Shown one piece after another: positions 13,401-28,800 of a stretch of 64,000 nucleotides of DNA. Under the pieces are notes generated by a model. That model was not told the DNA's origin. It saw only the letters and a list, made by a program, of their open reading frames with translations, and ran no database searches. This stretch comes from Nemertoderma westbladi. Taxonomy: Eukaryota > Animalia > Xenacoelomorpha. Position numbers and translations under genes: made by a program. The stretch covers positions 1 through 64,000 of the forward strand of contig JAUCBJ010005520.1 of the NCBI GenBank assembly GCA_032718475.1. Direction: 5' to 3'. The first letter of the stretch is position 1. Each line of letters begins with the position of its first letter.

Positions 13401-16400
13401 CGAACGACTTTACAAAACTCGGGGAAACAAATCTAATTGGCTGGAGTGGTTTCTATACCAAAAAACACCCAATCATGTTTGTTCCCCCGACTTTTGCAAT
13501 CTCGTTCGAACGACGTTACAAAACTTTGGGAAACAAATCTAATTGGCTGGAGTGGTTTCTATACCAACAAACACCCAATCAAGTTTGTTTCCACGACTTT
13601 TGCAATCTCGTTCGAACGACGTTACAAAACTCGGGGAAACAAATCTAATTGGCTGGAGTGGTTTCTATACCAAAAAACACCCAATCATGTTTGTTCCCCC
13701 GACTTTTGCAATCTCGTTCGAACGACGTTACAAAACTTTGGGAAACAAATCTAATTGGCTGGAGTGGTTTCTATACCAAAAAACACCCAATCATGTTTGT
13801 TCCCCCGACTTTTGCAATCTCGTTCGAACGACGTTACAAAACTTTGGGAAACAAATCTAATTGGCTGGAGTGGTTTCTATATCAACAAACACCCAACCAA
13901 GCTTGTTCCCCCGACTTTTGCAAACTCGTTCGAACGACGTTACAAAACTTTGGGAAACAAATCTAATTGGCTGGAGTGGTTTCTATACCAAAAAACACCC
14001 AATCATGTTTGTTCCCCCGACTTTTGCAATCTCGTTCGAACGACGTTACAAAACTTTGGGAAACAAATCTAATTCGCTGGAGTGGTTTCTATACCAAAAA
14101 ACACCCAATCATGTTTGTTCCCCCGACTTTTGCAATCTCGTTCGAACGACGTTACAAAACTTTGGGAAACAAATCTAATTGGCTGGAGTGGTTTCTATAT
14201 CAACAAACACCCAACCAAGCTTGTTCCCCCGACCTTTGCAAACTCGTTCGAACGACTTTACAAAACTCGGGGAAACAAATCTAATTGGCTGGAGTGGTTT
14301 CTATACCAACAAACACCCAACCAAGCTTGTTCCCCCGACCTTTGCAAACTCGTTCGAACGACTTTACAAAACTTTGGGAAACAAATCTAATTGGCTGGAG
14401 TGGTTTCTATACCAAAAAACACCCAATCATGTTTGTTCCCCCGACTTTTGCAATCTCGTTCGAACGACGTTACAAAACTTTGGGAAACAAATCTAATTGG
14501 CTGGAGTGGTTTCTATATCAACAAACACCCAACCAAGCTTGTTCCCCCGACCTTTGCAAACTCGTTCGAACGACTTTACAAAACTCGGGGAAACAAATCT
14601 AATTGGCTGGAGTGGTTTCTATACCAACAAACACCCAACCAAGCTTGTTCCCCCGACCTTTGCAAACTCGTTCGAACGACTTTACAAAACTCGGGGAAAC
14701 AAATCTAATTGGCTGGAGTGGTTTCTATACCAACAAACACCCAATCATGTTTGTTCCCCCGACTTTTGCAATCTCGTTCGAACGACTTTACAAAACTTTG
14801 GGAAACAAATCTAATTGGCTGGAGTGGTTTCTATACCAACAAACACCCAACCAAGCTTGTTCCCCCGACTTTTGCAAACTCGTTCGAACGACGTTACAAA
14901 ACTTTGGGAAACAAATCTAATTGGCTGGAGTGGTTTCTATACCAAAAAACACCCAATCATGTTTGTTCCCCCGACTTTTGCAATCTCGTTCGAACGACGT
15001 TACAAAACTTTGGGAAACAAATCTAATTGGCTGGAGTGGTTTCTATACCAAAAAACACCCAATCATGTTTGTTCCCCCGACTTTTGCAATCTCGTTCGAA
15101 CGACGTTACAAAACTCTGGGATACAAATCTAATTGGCTGGAGTGGTTTCTATACCAACAAACACCCAACCAAGCTTGTTCCCCCGACCTTTGCAAACTCG
15201 TTCGAACGACTTTACAAAACTTTGGGAAACAAATCTAATTGGCTGGAGTGGTTTCTATACCAAAAAACACCCAATCATGTTTGTTCCCCCGACTTTTGCA
15301 ATCTCGTTCGAACGACTTTACAAAACTTTGGGAAACAAATCTAATTGGCTGGAGTGGTTTCTATACCAACAAACACCCAACCAAGCTTGTTCCCCCGACT
15401 TTTGCAAACTCGTTCGAACGACGTTACAAAACTTTGGGAAACAAATCTAATTGGCTGGAGTGGTTTCTATACCAACAAACACCCAACCAAGCTTGTTCCC
15501 CCGACCTTTGCAATCTCGTTCGAACGACGTTACAAAACTTTGGGAAACAAATCTAATTGGCTGGAGTGGTTTCTATACCAACAAACACCCAATCAAGTTT
15601 GTTTCCACGACTTTTGCAATCTCGTTCGAACGACGTTACAAAACTTTGGGAAACAAATCCAATTGGCTGGAGTGGTTTCTATACCAAAAAACACCCAATC
15701 ATGTTTGTTCCCCCGACTTTTGCAATCTCGTTCGAACGACGTTACAAAACTTTGGGAAACAAATCTAATTGGCTGGAGTGGTTTCTAGACCAACAAACAC
15801 CCAATCATGTTTGTTCCCCCGACTTTTGCAATCTCGTTCGAACGACGTTACAAAACTTTGGGAAACAAATCTAATTGGCTGGAGTGGTTTCTAGACCAAC
15901 AAACACCCAATCATGTTTGTTTCCCCGACTTTTGCAAACTCGTTCGAACGACGTTACAAAACTTTGGGAAACAAATCTAATTGGCTGGAGTGGTTTCTAT
16001 ACCAAAAAACACCCAATCATGTTTGTTCCCCCGACTTTTGCAATCTCGTTCGAACGACGTTACAAAACTTTGGGAAACAAATCTAATTGGCTGGAGTGGT
16101 TTCTAGACCAACAAACACCCAATCATGTTTGTTCCCCCGACTTTTGCAATCTCGTTCGAACGACGTTACAAAACTTTGGGAAACAAATCTAATTGGCTGG
16201 AGTGGTTTCTAGACCAACAAACACCCAATCATGTTTGTTTCCCCGACTTTTGCAAACTCGTTCGAACGACGTTACAAAACTTTGGGAAACAAATCTAATT
16301 GGCTGGAGTGGTTTCTATACCAAAAAACACCCAATCATGTTTGTTCCCCCGACTTTTGCAAACTCGTTCGAACGACTTTACAAAACTCTGGGATACAAAT

Positions 16401-19400
16401 TTAATTGGCTGGAGTGGTTTCTATACCAAAAAACACCCAATCATGTTTGTTCCCCCGACTTTTGCAATCTCGTTCGAACGACGTTACAAAACTTTGGAAA
16501 ACAAATCTAATTGGCTGGAGTGGTTTCTATACCAAAAAACACCCAATCATGTTTGTTCCCCCGACTTTTGCAATCTCGTTCGAACGACGTTACAAAACTT
16601 TGGGAAACAAATCTAATTGGCTGGAGTGGTTTCTATACCAAAAAACACCCAATCATGTTTGTTCCCCCGACTTTTGCAATCTCGTTCGAACGACGTTACA
16701 AAACTTTGGGAAACAAATCTAATTGGCTGGAGTGGTTTCTATACCAACAAACACCCAATCATGTTTGTTCCCCCGACTTTTGCAAACTCGTTCGAACGAC
16801 TTTACAAAACTTTGGGAAACAAATCTAATTGGCTGGAGTGGTTTCTATACCAACAAACACCCAACCAAGCTTGTTCCCCCGACCTTTGCAAACTCGTTCG
16901 AACGACTTTACAAAACTCGGGGAAACAAATCTAATTGGCTGGAGTGGTTTCTATACCAAAAAACACCCAATCATGTTTGTTCCCCCGACTTTTGCAATCT
17001 CGTTCGAACGACGTTACAAAACTTTGGGAAACAAATCTAATTGGCTGGAGTGGTTTCTAGACCAACAAACACCCAATTATGTTTGTTTCCCCGACTTTTG
17101 CAAACTCGTTCGAACGACTTTACAAAACTCGGGGAAACAAATCTAATTGGCTGGAGTGGTTTCTAGACCAACAAACACCCAATCATGTTTGTTTCCCCGA
17201 CTTTTGCAAACTCGTTCGAACGACTTTACAAAACTCGGGGAAACAAATCTAATTGGCTGGAGTGGTTTCTAGACCAACAAACACCCAATCATGTTTGTTT
17301 CCCCGACTTTTGCAATCTCGTTCGAACGACGTTACAAAACTTTGGGAAACAAATCTAATTGGCTGGAGTGGTTTCTATACCAACAAACACCCAACCAAGC
17401 TTGTTCCCCCGACCTTTGCAAACTCGTTCGAACGACTTTACAAAACTCGGGGAAACAAATCTAATTGGCTGGAGTGGTTTCTATACCAAAAAACACCCAA
17501 TCATGTTTGTTCCCCCGACTTTTGCAAACTCGTTCGAACGACTTTACAAAACTTTGGGAAACAAATCTAATTGGCTGGAGTGGTTTCTATACCAACAAAC
17601 ACCCAACCAAGCTTGTTCCCCCGACCTTTGCAAACTCGTTCGAACGACTTTACAAAACTCGGGGAAACGAATCTAATTGGCTGGAGTGGTTTCTATACCA
17701 ACAAACACCCAACCAAGCTTGTTCCCCCGACCTTTGCAAACTCGTTCGAACGACTTTACAAAACTCGGGGAAACGAATCTAATTGGCTGGAGTGGTTTCT
17801 ATACCAACAAACACCCAACCAAGCTTGTTCCCCCGACCTTTGCAAACTCGTTCGAACGACTTTACAAAACTCGGGGAAACAAATCTAATTGGCTGGAGTG
17901 GTTTCTATACCAAAAAACACCCAATCATGTTTGTTCCCCCGACTTTTGCAAACTCGTTCGAACGACTTTACAAAACTTTGGGAAACAAATCTAATTGGCT
18001 GGAGTGGTTTCTATACCAACAAACACCCAACCAAGCTTGTTCCCCCGACTTTTGCAATCTCGTTCGAACGACGTTACAAAACTTTGGGAAACAAATCTAA
18101 TTGGCTGGAGTGGTTTCTATACCAACAAACACCCAATCAAGTTTGTTTCCACGACTTTTGCAATCTCGTTCGAACGACGTTACAAAACTTTGGGAAACAA
18201 ATCTAATTGGCTGGAGTGGTTTCTATACCAAAAAACACCCAATCATGTTTGTTCCCCCGACTTTTGCAAACTCGTTCGAACGACTTTACAAAACTTTGGG
18301 AAACAAATCTAATTGGCTGGAGTGGTTTCTATACCAACAAACACCCAATCAAGTTTGTTTCCACGACTTTTGCAATCTCGTTCGAACGACGTTACAAAAC
18401 TTTGGGAAACAAATCTAATTGGCTGGAGTGGTTTCTATACCAAAAAACACCCAATCATGTTTGTTCCCCCGACTTTTGCAAACTCGTTCGAACGACTTTA
18501 CAAAACTTTGGGAAACAAATCTAATTGGCTGGAGTGGTTTCTATACCAACAAACACCCAATCAAGTTTGTTCCCCCGACTTTTGCAAACTCGTTCGAACG
18601 ACTTTACAAAACTTTGGGAAACAAATCTAATTGGCTGGAGTGGTTTCTATACCAAAAAACACCCAATCATGTTTGTTCCCCCGACTTTTGCAAACTCGTT
18701 CGAACGACTTTACAAAACTTTGGGAAACAAATCTAATTGGCTGGAGTGGTTTCTATACCAACAAACACCCAACCAAGCTTGTTCCCCCGACCTTTGCAAA
18801 CTCGTTCGAACGACTTTACAAAACTCGGGGAAACAAATCTAATTGGCTGGAGTGGTTTCTATACCAACAAACACCCAACCAAGCTTGTTCCCCCGACTTT
18901 TGCAAACTCGTTCGAACGACTTTACAAAACTTTGGGAAACAAATTTAATTGGCTGGAGTGGTTTCTATACCAAAAAACACCCAATCATGTTTGTTCCCCC
19001 GACTTTTGCAATCTCGTTCGAACGACGTTACAAAACTTTGGGAAACAAATCTAATTGGCTGGAGTGGTTTCTAGACCAACAAACACCCAATCATGTTTGT
19101 TTCCCCGACTTTTGCAAACTCGTTCGAACGACTTTACAAAACTCGGGGAAACAAATCTAATTGGCTGGAGTGGTTTCTAGACCAACAAACACCCAATCAT
19201 GTTTGTTTCCCCGACTTTTGCAAACTCGTTCGAACAACTTTACAAAACTCTGGGATACAAATCTAATTGGCTGGAGTGGTTTCCATACCAACAAATACCC
19301 AACCAAGCTTGTTCCCCCGACCTTTGCAAACTCGTTCGAACGACTTTACAAAACTTTGGGAAACAAATCTAATTGGCTGGAGTGGTTTCTAGACCAACAA

Positions 19401-21750
19401 ACACCCAATCATGTTTGTTCCCCCGACTTTTGCAATCTCGTTCGAACGACGTTACAAAACTTTGGGAAACAAATCTAATTGGCTGGAGTGGTTTCTATAC
19501 CAAAAAACACCCAATCATGTTTGTTCCCCCGACTTTTGCAATCTCGTTCGAACGACTTTACAAAACTTTGGGAAACAAATCTAATTGGCTGGAGTGGTTT
19601 CTATACCAACAAACACCCAACCAAGCTTGTTCCCCCGACCTTTGCAAACTCGTTCGAACGACTTTACAAAACTCGGGGAAACAAATCTAATTGGCTGGAG
19701 TGGTTTCTATACCAAAAAACACCCAATCATGTTTGTTCCCCCGACTTTTGCAATCTCGTTCGAACGACGTTACAAAACTTTGGGAAACAAATCTAATTGG
19801 CTGGAGTGGTTTCTATACCAACAAACACCCAATCAAGTTTGTTTCCACGACTTTTGCAATCTCGTTCGAACGACGTTACAAAACTCGGGGAAACAAATCT
19901 AATTGGCTGGAGTGGTTTCTATACCAAAAAACACCCAATCATGTTTGTTCCCCCGACTTTTGCAATCTCGTTCGAACGACGTTACAAAACTTTGGGAAAC
20001 AAATCTAATTGGCTGGAGTGGTTTCTATACCAAAAAACACCCAATCATGTTTGTTCCCCCGACTTTTGCAATCTCGTTCGAACGACGTTACAAAACTTTG
20101 GGAAACAAATCTAATTGGCTGGAGTGGTTTCTATATCAACAAACACCCAACCAAGCTTGTTCCCCCGACTTTTGCAAACTCGTTCGAACGACGTTACAAA
20201 ACTTTGGGAAACAAATCTAATTGGCTGGAGTGGTTTCTATACCAAAAAACACCCAATCATGTTTGTTCCCCCGACTTTTGCAATCTCGTTCGAACGACGT
20301 TACAAAACTTTGGGAAACAAATCTAATTCGCTGGAGTGGTTTCTATACCAAAAAACACCCAATCATGTTTGTTCCCCCGACTTTTGCAATCTCGTTCGAA
20401 CGACGTTACAAAACTTTGGGAAACAAATCTAATTGGCTGGAGTGGTTTCTATATCAACAAACACCCAACCAAGCTTGTTCCCCCGACCTTTGCAAACTCG
20501 TTCGAACGACTTTACAAAACTCGGGGAAACAAATCTAATTGGCTGGAGTGGTTTCTATACCAACAAACACCCAACCAAGCTTGTTCCCCCGACCTTTGCA
20601 AACTCGTTCGAACGACTTTACAAAACTTTGGGAAACAAATCTAATTGGCTGGAGTGGTTTCTATACCAAAAAACACCCAATCATGTTTGTTCCCCCGACT
20701 TTTGCAATCTCGTTCGAACGACGTTACAAAACTTTGGGAAACAAATCTAATTGGCTGGAGTGGTTTCTATATCAAAAAACACCCAACCAAGCTTGTTCCC
20801 CCGACCTTTGCAAACTCGTTCGAACGACTTTACAAAACTCGGGGAAACAAATCTAATTGGCTGGAGTGGTTTCTATACCAACAAACACCCAACCAAGCTT
20901 GTTCCCCCGACCTTTGCAAACTCGTTCGAACGACTTTACAAAACTCGGGGAAACAAATCTAATTGGCTGGAGTGGTTTCTATACCAACAAACACCCAATC
21001 ATGTTTGTTCCCCCGACTTTTGCAATCTCGTTCGAACGACTTTACAAAACTTTGGGAAACAAATCTAATTGGCTGGAGTGGTTTCTATACCAACAAACAC
21101 CCAACCAAGCTTGTTCCCCCGACTTTTGCAAACTCGTTCGAACGACGTTACAAAACTTTGGGAAACAAATCTAATTGGCTGGAGTGGTTTCTATACCAAA
21201 AAACACCCAATCATGTTTGTTCCCCCGACTTTTGCAATCTCGTTCGAACGACGTTACAAAACTTTGGGAAACAAATCTAATTGGCTGGAGTGGTTTCTAT
21301 ACCAAAAAACACCCAATCATGTTTGTTCCCCCGACTTTTGCAATCTCGTTCGAACGACGTTACAAAACTCTGGGATACAAATCTAATTGGCTGGAGTGGT
21401 TTCTATACCAACAAACACCCAACCAAGCTTGTTCCCCCGACCTTTGCAAACTCGTTCGAACGACTTTACAAAACTTTGGGAAACAAATCTAATTGGCTGG
21501 AGTGGTTTCTATACCAAAAAACACCCAATCATGTTTGTTCCCCCGACTTTTGCAATCTCGTTCGAACGACTTTACAAAACTTTGGGGAACAAATCTAATT
21601 GGCTGGAGTGGTTTCTATACCAACAAACACCCAACCAAGCTTGTTCCCCCGACTTTTGCAAACTCGTTCGAACGACGTTACAAAACTTTGGGAAACAAAT
21701 CTAATTGGCTGGAGTGGTTTCTATACCAACAAACACCCAACCAAGCTTGT
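10469..21750 (+). repeat. Higher-order duplication: ~47 monomers (~10469-15500) repeated at +6254 bp (59 monomers)
   Basis: Rare variants recur at an exact 6254 offset (ORF-track pairs 10469/16723, 12907/19161, 14082/20336). Confidence 0.9.
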
Positions 21751-24700
21751 TCCCCCGACCTTTGCAAACTCGTTCGAACGACTTTACAAAACTTTGGGAA
21801 ACAAATCTAATTGGCTGGAGTGGTTTCTATACCAAAAAACACCCAATCATGTTTGTTCCCCCGACTTTTGCAATCTCGTTCGAACGACTTTACAAAACTT
21901 TGGGAAACAAATCTAATTGGCTGGAGTGGTTTCTATACCAACAAACACCCAACCAAGCTTGTTCCCCCGACTTTTGCAAACTCGTTCGAACGACTTTACA
22001 AAACTTTGGGAAACAAATCTAATTGGCTGGAGTGGTTTCTATACCAAAAAACACCCAATCATGTTTGTTCCCCCGACTTTTGCAAACTCGTTCGAACGAC
22101 GTTACAAAACTTTGGGAAACAAATCTAATTGGCTGGAGTGGTTTCTATACCAAAAAACACCCAATCATGTTTGTTCCCCCGACTTTTGCAATCTCGTTCG
22201 AACGACGTTACAAAACTTTGGGAAACAAATCTAATTGGCTGGAGTGGTTTCTATACCAAAAAACACCCAATCATGTTTGTTCCCCCGACTTTTGCAAACT
22301 CGTTCGAACGACGTTACAAAACTTTGGGAAACAAATCTAATTGGCTGGAGTGGTTTCTATACCAAAAAACACCCAATCATGTTTGTTCCCCCGACTTTTG
22401 CAATCTCGTTCGAACGACGTTACAAAACTTTGGGAAACAAATCTAATTGGCTGGAGTGGTTTCTATACCAAAAAACACCCAATCATGTTTGTTCCCCCGA
22501 CTTTTGCAATCTCGTTCGAACGACGTTACAAAACTTTGGGAAACAAATCTAATTGGCTGGAGTGGTTTCTATACCAACAAACACCCAACCAAGCTTGTTC
22601 CCCCGACCTTTGCAAACTCGTTCGAACGACTTTACAAAACTTTGGGAAACAAATCTAATTGGCTGGAGTGGTTTCTATACCAAAAAACACCCAATCATGT
22701 TTGTTCCCCCGACTTTTGCAATCTCGTTCGAACGACTTTACAAAACTTTGGGAAACAAATCTAATTGGCTGGAGTGGTTTCTATACCAACAAACACCCAA
22801 CCAAGCTTGTTCCCCCGACTTTTGCAAACTCGTTCGAACGACTTTACAAAACTTTGGGAAACAAATCTAATTGGCTGGAGTGGATTCTATACCAACAAAC
22901 ACCCAATCAAGTTTGTTTCCACGACTTTTGCAAACTCGTTCGAATGACTTTACAAAACTTTGGGAAACAAATCTAATTGGCTGGAGTGGTTTCTATACCA
23001 ACAAACACCCAATCAAGTTTGTTTCCACGACTTTTGCAAACTCGTTCGAACGACTTTACAAAACTTTGGGAAACAAATCTAATTGGCTGGAGTGGTTTCT
23101 ATACCAAAAAAACACCCAATCAAGTTTGTTCCCCCGACTTTTGCAAACTCGTTCGAACGACTTTACAAAACTTTGGGAAACAAATCTAATTGGCTGGAGT
23201 GGTTTCTATACCAAAAAAACACCCAATCATGTTTGTTCCCCCGACTTTTGCAAACTCGTTCGAACGACTTTACAAAACTTTGGGAAACAAATCTAATCGG
23301 CTGGAGTGGTTTCTATACCAATAAACACCCAATCATGTTTGTTCCCCCGACTTTTGCAAACTCGTTCGAACGACTTTACAAAACTTTGGGAAACAAATCT
23401 AATTGGCTGGAGTGGTTTCTATACCAACAAACACCCAATCATGTTTGTTCCCCCGACTTTTGCAATCTCGTTCGAACGACTTTACAAAACTTTGGGAAAC
23501 AAATCTAATTGGCTGGAGTGGTTTCTATACCAACAAACACCCAACCAAGCTTGTTCCCCCGACTTTTGCAAACTCGTTCGAACGACGTTACAAAACTTTG
23601 GGAAACAAATCTAATTGGCTGGAGTGGTTTCTATACCAAAAAACACCCAATCATGTTTGTTCCCCCGACTTTTGCAATCTCGTTCGAACGACGTTACAAA
23701 ACTTTGGGAAACAAATCTAATTGGCTGGAGTGGTTTCTATACCAAAAAACACCCAATCATGTTTGTTCCCCCGACTTTTGCAATCTCGTTCGAACGACGT
23801 TACAAAACTCTGGGATACAAATCTAATTGGCTGGAGTGGTTTCTATACCAACAAACACCCAACCAAGCTTGTTCCCCCGACCTTTGCAAACTCGTTCGAA
23901 CGACTTTACAAAACTTTGGGAAACAAATCTAATTGGCTGGAGTGGTTTCTATACCAAAAAACACCCAATCATGTTTGTTCCCCCGACTTTTGCAATCTCG
24001 TTCGAACGACTTTACAAAACTTTGGGAAACAAATCTAATTGGCTGGAGTGGTTTCTATACCAACAAACACCCAACCAAGCTTGTTCCCCCGACTTTTGCA
24101 AACTCGTTCGAACGACGTTACAAAACTTTGGGAAACAAATCTAATTGGCTGGAGTGGTTTCTATACCAACAAACACCCAACCAAGCTTGTTCCCCCGACC
24201 TTTGCAAACTCGTTCGAACGACTTTACAAAACTTTGGGAAACAAATCTAATTGGCTGGAGTGGTTTCTATACCAAAAAACACCCAATCATGTTTGTTCCC
24301 CCGACTTTTGCAATCTCGTTCGAACGACTTTACAAAACTTTGGGAAACAAATCTAATTGGCTGGAGTGGTTTCTATACCAACAAACACCCAACCAAGCTT
24401 GTTCCCCCGACTTTTGCAAACTCGTTCGAACGACTTTACAAAACTTTGGGAAACAAATCTAATTGGCTGGAGTGGTTTCTATACCAAAAAACACCCAATC
24501 ATGTTTGTTCCCCCGACTTTTGCAAACTCGTTCGAACGACGTTACAAAACTTTGGGAAACAAATCTAATTGGCTGGAGTGGTTTCTATACCAAAAAACAC
24601 CCAATCATGTTTGTTCCCCCGACTTTTGCAATCTCGTTCGAACGACGTTACAAAACTTTGGGAAACAAATCTAATTGGCTGGAGTGGTTTCTATACCAAA

Positions 24701-25842
24701 AAACACCCAATCATGTTTGTTCCCCCGACTTTTGCAAACTCGTTCGAACGACGTTACAAAACTTTGGGAAACAAATCTAATTGGCTGGAGTGGTTTCTAT
24801 ACCAAAAAACACCCAATCATGTTTGTTCCCCCGACTTTTGCAATCTCGTTCGAACGACGTTACAAAACTTTGGGAAACAAATCTAATTGGCTGGAGTGGT
24901 TTCTATACCAAAAAACACCCAATCATGTTTGTTCCCCCGACTTTTGCAATCTCGTTCGAACGACGTTACAAAACTTTGGGAAACAAATCTAATTGGCTGG
25001 AGTGGTTTCTATACCAACAAACACCCAACCAAGCTTGTTCCCCCGACCTTTGCAAACTCGTTCGAACGACTTTACAAAACTTTGGGAAACAAATCTAATT
25101 GGCTGGAGTGGTTTCTATACCAAAAAACACCCAATCATGTTTGTTCCCCCGACTTTTGCAATCTCGTTCGAACGACTTTACAAAACTTTGGGAAACAAAT
25201 CTAATTGGCTGGAGTGGTTTCTATACCAACAAACACCCAACCAAGCTTGTTCCCCCGACTTTTGCAAACTCGTTCGAACGACTTTACAAAACTTTGGGAA
25301 ACAAATCTAATTGGCTGGAGTGGATTCTATACCAACAAACACCCAATCAAGTTTGTTTCCACGACTTTTGCAAACTCGTTCGAATGACTTTACAAAACTT
25401 TGGGAAACAAATCTAATTGGCTGGAGTGGTTTCTATACCAACAAACACCCAATCAAGTTTGTTTCCACGACTTTTGCAAACTCGTTCGAACGACTTTACA
25501 AAACTTTGGGAAACAAATCTAATTGGCTGGAGTGGTTTCTATACCAAAAAAACACCCAATCAAGTTTGTTCCCCCGACTTTTGCAAACTCGTTCGAACGA
25601 CTTTACAAAACTTTGGGAAACAAATCTAATTGGCTGGAGTGGTTTCTATACCAAAAAAACACCCAATCATGTTTGTTCCCCCGACTTTTGCAAACTCGTT
25701 CGAACGACTTTACAAAACTTTGGGAAACAAATCTAATCGGCTGGAGTGGTTTCTATACCAATAAACACCCAATCATGTTTGTTCCCCCGACTTTTGCAAA
25801 CTCGTTCGAACGACTTTACAAAACTTTGGGAAACAAATCTAA
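20963..25842 (+). repeat. Tandem duplication of a 2440-bp block (23 monomers)
   Basis: TGGATTCTAT/CGAATGAC variant monomer at 22871 and 25311; AATCGG/CAATAAAC variant near 23297 and 25737; both blocks contain two 107-bp units. Confidence 0.9.
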
Positions 25843-28800
25843 TTGGCTGGAGTGGTTTCTATACCAAAAAAACACCCAATCATGTTTGTTCCCCCGACTT
25901 TTGCAAACTCGTTCGAACGACGTTACAAAACTTTGGGAAACAAATCTAATTGGCTGGAGTGGTTTCTATACCAAAAAAACACCCAATCATGTTTGTTCTC
26001 CCGACTTTTGCAAACTCGTTCGAACGACTTTACAAAACTTTGGGAAACAAATCTAATTGGCTGGAGTGGTTTCTATACCAATAAACACCCAATCATGTTT
26101 GTTCCCCCGACTTTTGCAAACTCGTTCGAACGACTTTACAAAACTTTGGGAAACAAATCTAATTGGCTGGAGTGGTTTCTATACCAAAAAACACCCAATC
26201 ATGTTTGTTCCCCCGACTTTTGCAAACTCGTTCGAACGACTTTACAAAACTTTGGGAAACAAATCTAATTGGCTGGAGTGGTTTCTATACCAAAAAAACA
26301 CCCAATCATGTTTGTTCCCCCGACTTTTGCAAACTCGTTCGAACGACTTTACAAAACTTTGGGAAACAAATCTAATTGGCTGGAGTGGTTTCTATACCAA
26401 AAAAACACCCAATCATGTTTGTTCCCCCGACTTTTGCAAACTCGTTCGAACGACTTTACAAAACTTTGGGAAACAAATCTAATTGGCTGGAGTGGTTTCT
26501 ATACCAAAAAACACCCAATCATGTTTGTTCCCCCGACTTTTGCAAACTCGTTCGAACGACTTTACAAAACTTTGGGAAACAAATCTAATTGGCTGGAGTG
26601 GTTTCTATACCAAAAAACACCCAATCATGTTTGTTCCCCCGACTTTTGCAAACTCGTTCGAACGACTTTACAAAACTCGGGGAAACAAATCTAATTGGCT
26701 GGAGTGGTTTATATACCAACAAACACCCAACCAAGCTTGTTCCCCCAACCTTTGCAAACTCGTTTGAACGACTTTACAAAACTCTGGGAAACAAATCTAA
26801 TTGGCTGGAGTGGTTTCTATACCAACAAATACCCAACCAAGCTTGTTCCCCCAACCTTTGCAAACTCGTTCGAACGACTTTACAAAACTTTGGGAAACAA
26901 ATCTAATTGGCTGGAGTGGTTTCTATACCAACAAATACCCAACCAAGCTTGTTCCCCCAACCTTTGCAAACTCGTTCGAACGACTTTACAAAACTCTGGG
27001 AAACAAATCTAATTGGCTGGAGTGGTTTCTATACCAAAAAAACACCCAATCATGTTTGTTCCCCCGACTTTTGCAAACTCGTTCGAACGACGTTACAAAA
27101 CTTTGGGAAACAAATCTAATTGGCTGGAGTGGTTTCTATACCAACAAACACCCAACCAAGCTTGTTCCCCCAACCTTTGCAAACTCGTTTGAACGACTTT
27201 ACAAAACTCTGGGAAACAAATCTAATTGGCTGGAGTGGTTTCTATACCAAAAAACACCCAATCATGTTTGTTCCCCCGACTTTTGCAAACTCGTTTGAAC
27301 GACTTTACAAAACTTTGGAAAACAAATCTAATTGGCTGGAGTGGTTTCTATACCAAAAAACACCCAATCATGTTTGTTCCCCCGACTTTTGCAAACTCGT
27401 TTGAACAACTTTACAAAACTTTGGGAAACAAATCTAATTGGCTGGAGTGGTTTCTATACCAACAAACACCCAACCAAGCTTGTTCCCCCAACCTTTGCAA
27501 ACTCGTTTGAACGACTTTACAAAACTTTGGGAAACAAATCTAATTGGCTGGAGTGGTTTCTATACCAACAAACACCCAACCAAGCTTGTTCCCCCAACCT
27601 TTGCAAACTCGTTCGAACGACGTTACAAAACTTTGGGAAACAAATCTAATTGGCTGGAGTGGTTTCTATACCAACAAACACCCAACCAAGCTTGTTCCCC
27701 CAACCTTTGCAAACTCGTTTGAACGACTTTACAAAACTCTGGGAAACAAATCTAATTGGCTGGAGTGGTTTCTATACCAAAAAACACCCAATCATGTTTG
27801 TTCCCCCGACTTTTGCAAACTCGTTTGAACAACTTTACAAAACTTTGGGAAACAAATCTAATTGGCTGGAGTGGTTTCTATACCAAAAAACACCCAATCA
27901 TGTTTGTTCCCCCGACTTTTGCAAACTCGTTTGAACGACTTTACAAAACTCTGGGAAACAAATCTAATTGGCTGGAGTGGTTTCTATACCAACAAACACC
28001 CAACCAAGCTTGTTCCCCCAACCTTTGCAAACTCGTTTGAACGACTTTACAAAACTCTGGGATACAAATCTAATTGGCTGGAGTGGTTTCCATACCAACA
28101 AACACCCAATCAAGTTTGTTCCCCCGACTTTTGCAAACTCGTTCGTACGACTTTACAAAACTTTGGGAAACAAATCTAATTGGCTGGAGTGGTTTCTATA
28201 CCAACAAACACCCAACCAAGTTTGTTCCCCCGACTTTTGCAAACTCGTTCGTACGACTTTACAAAACTTTGGGAAACAAATCTAATTGGCTGGAGTGGTT
28301 TCTATACCAAAAAACACCCAATCATGTTTGTTCCCCCGACTTTTGCAAACTCGTTTGAACGACTTTACAAAACTTTGGGAAACAAATCTAATTGGCTGGA
28401 GTGGTTTCTATACCAACAAACACCCAATCATGTTTGTTCCCCCGACCTTTGCAAACTCGTTCGAACGACTTTACAAAACTCTGGGATACAAATCTAATTG
28501 GCTGGAGTGGTTTCTATACCAACAAACACCCAATCAAGTTTGTTTCCACGACTTTTGTAAACTCGTTCGAACGACTTTACAAAACTTTGGGAAACAAATC
28601 TAATTGGCTGGAGTGGTTTCTATACCAACAAACACCCAATCATGTTTGTTTCCACGACTTTTGTAAACTCGTTCGAACGACTTTACAAAACTTTGGGAAA
28701 CAAATCGAATTGGCTGGAGTGGTTTCTATACCAACAAACACCCAATCATGTTTGTTTCCACGACTTTTGTAAACTCGTTCGAACGACTTTACAAAACTTT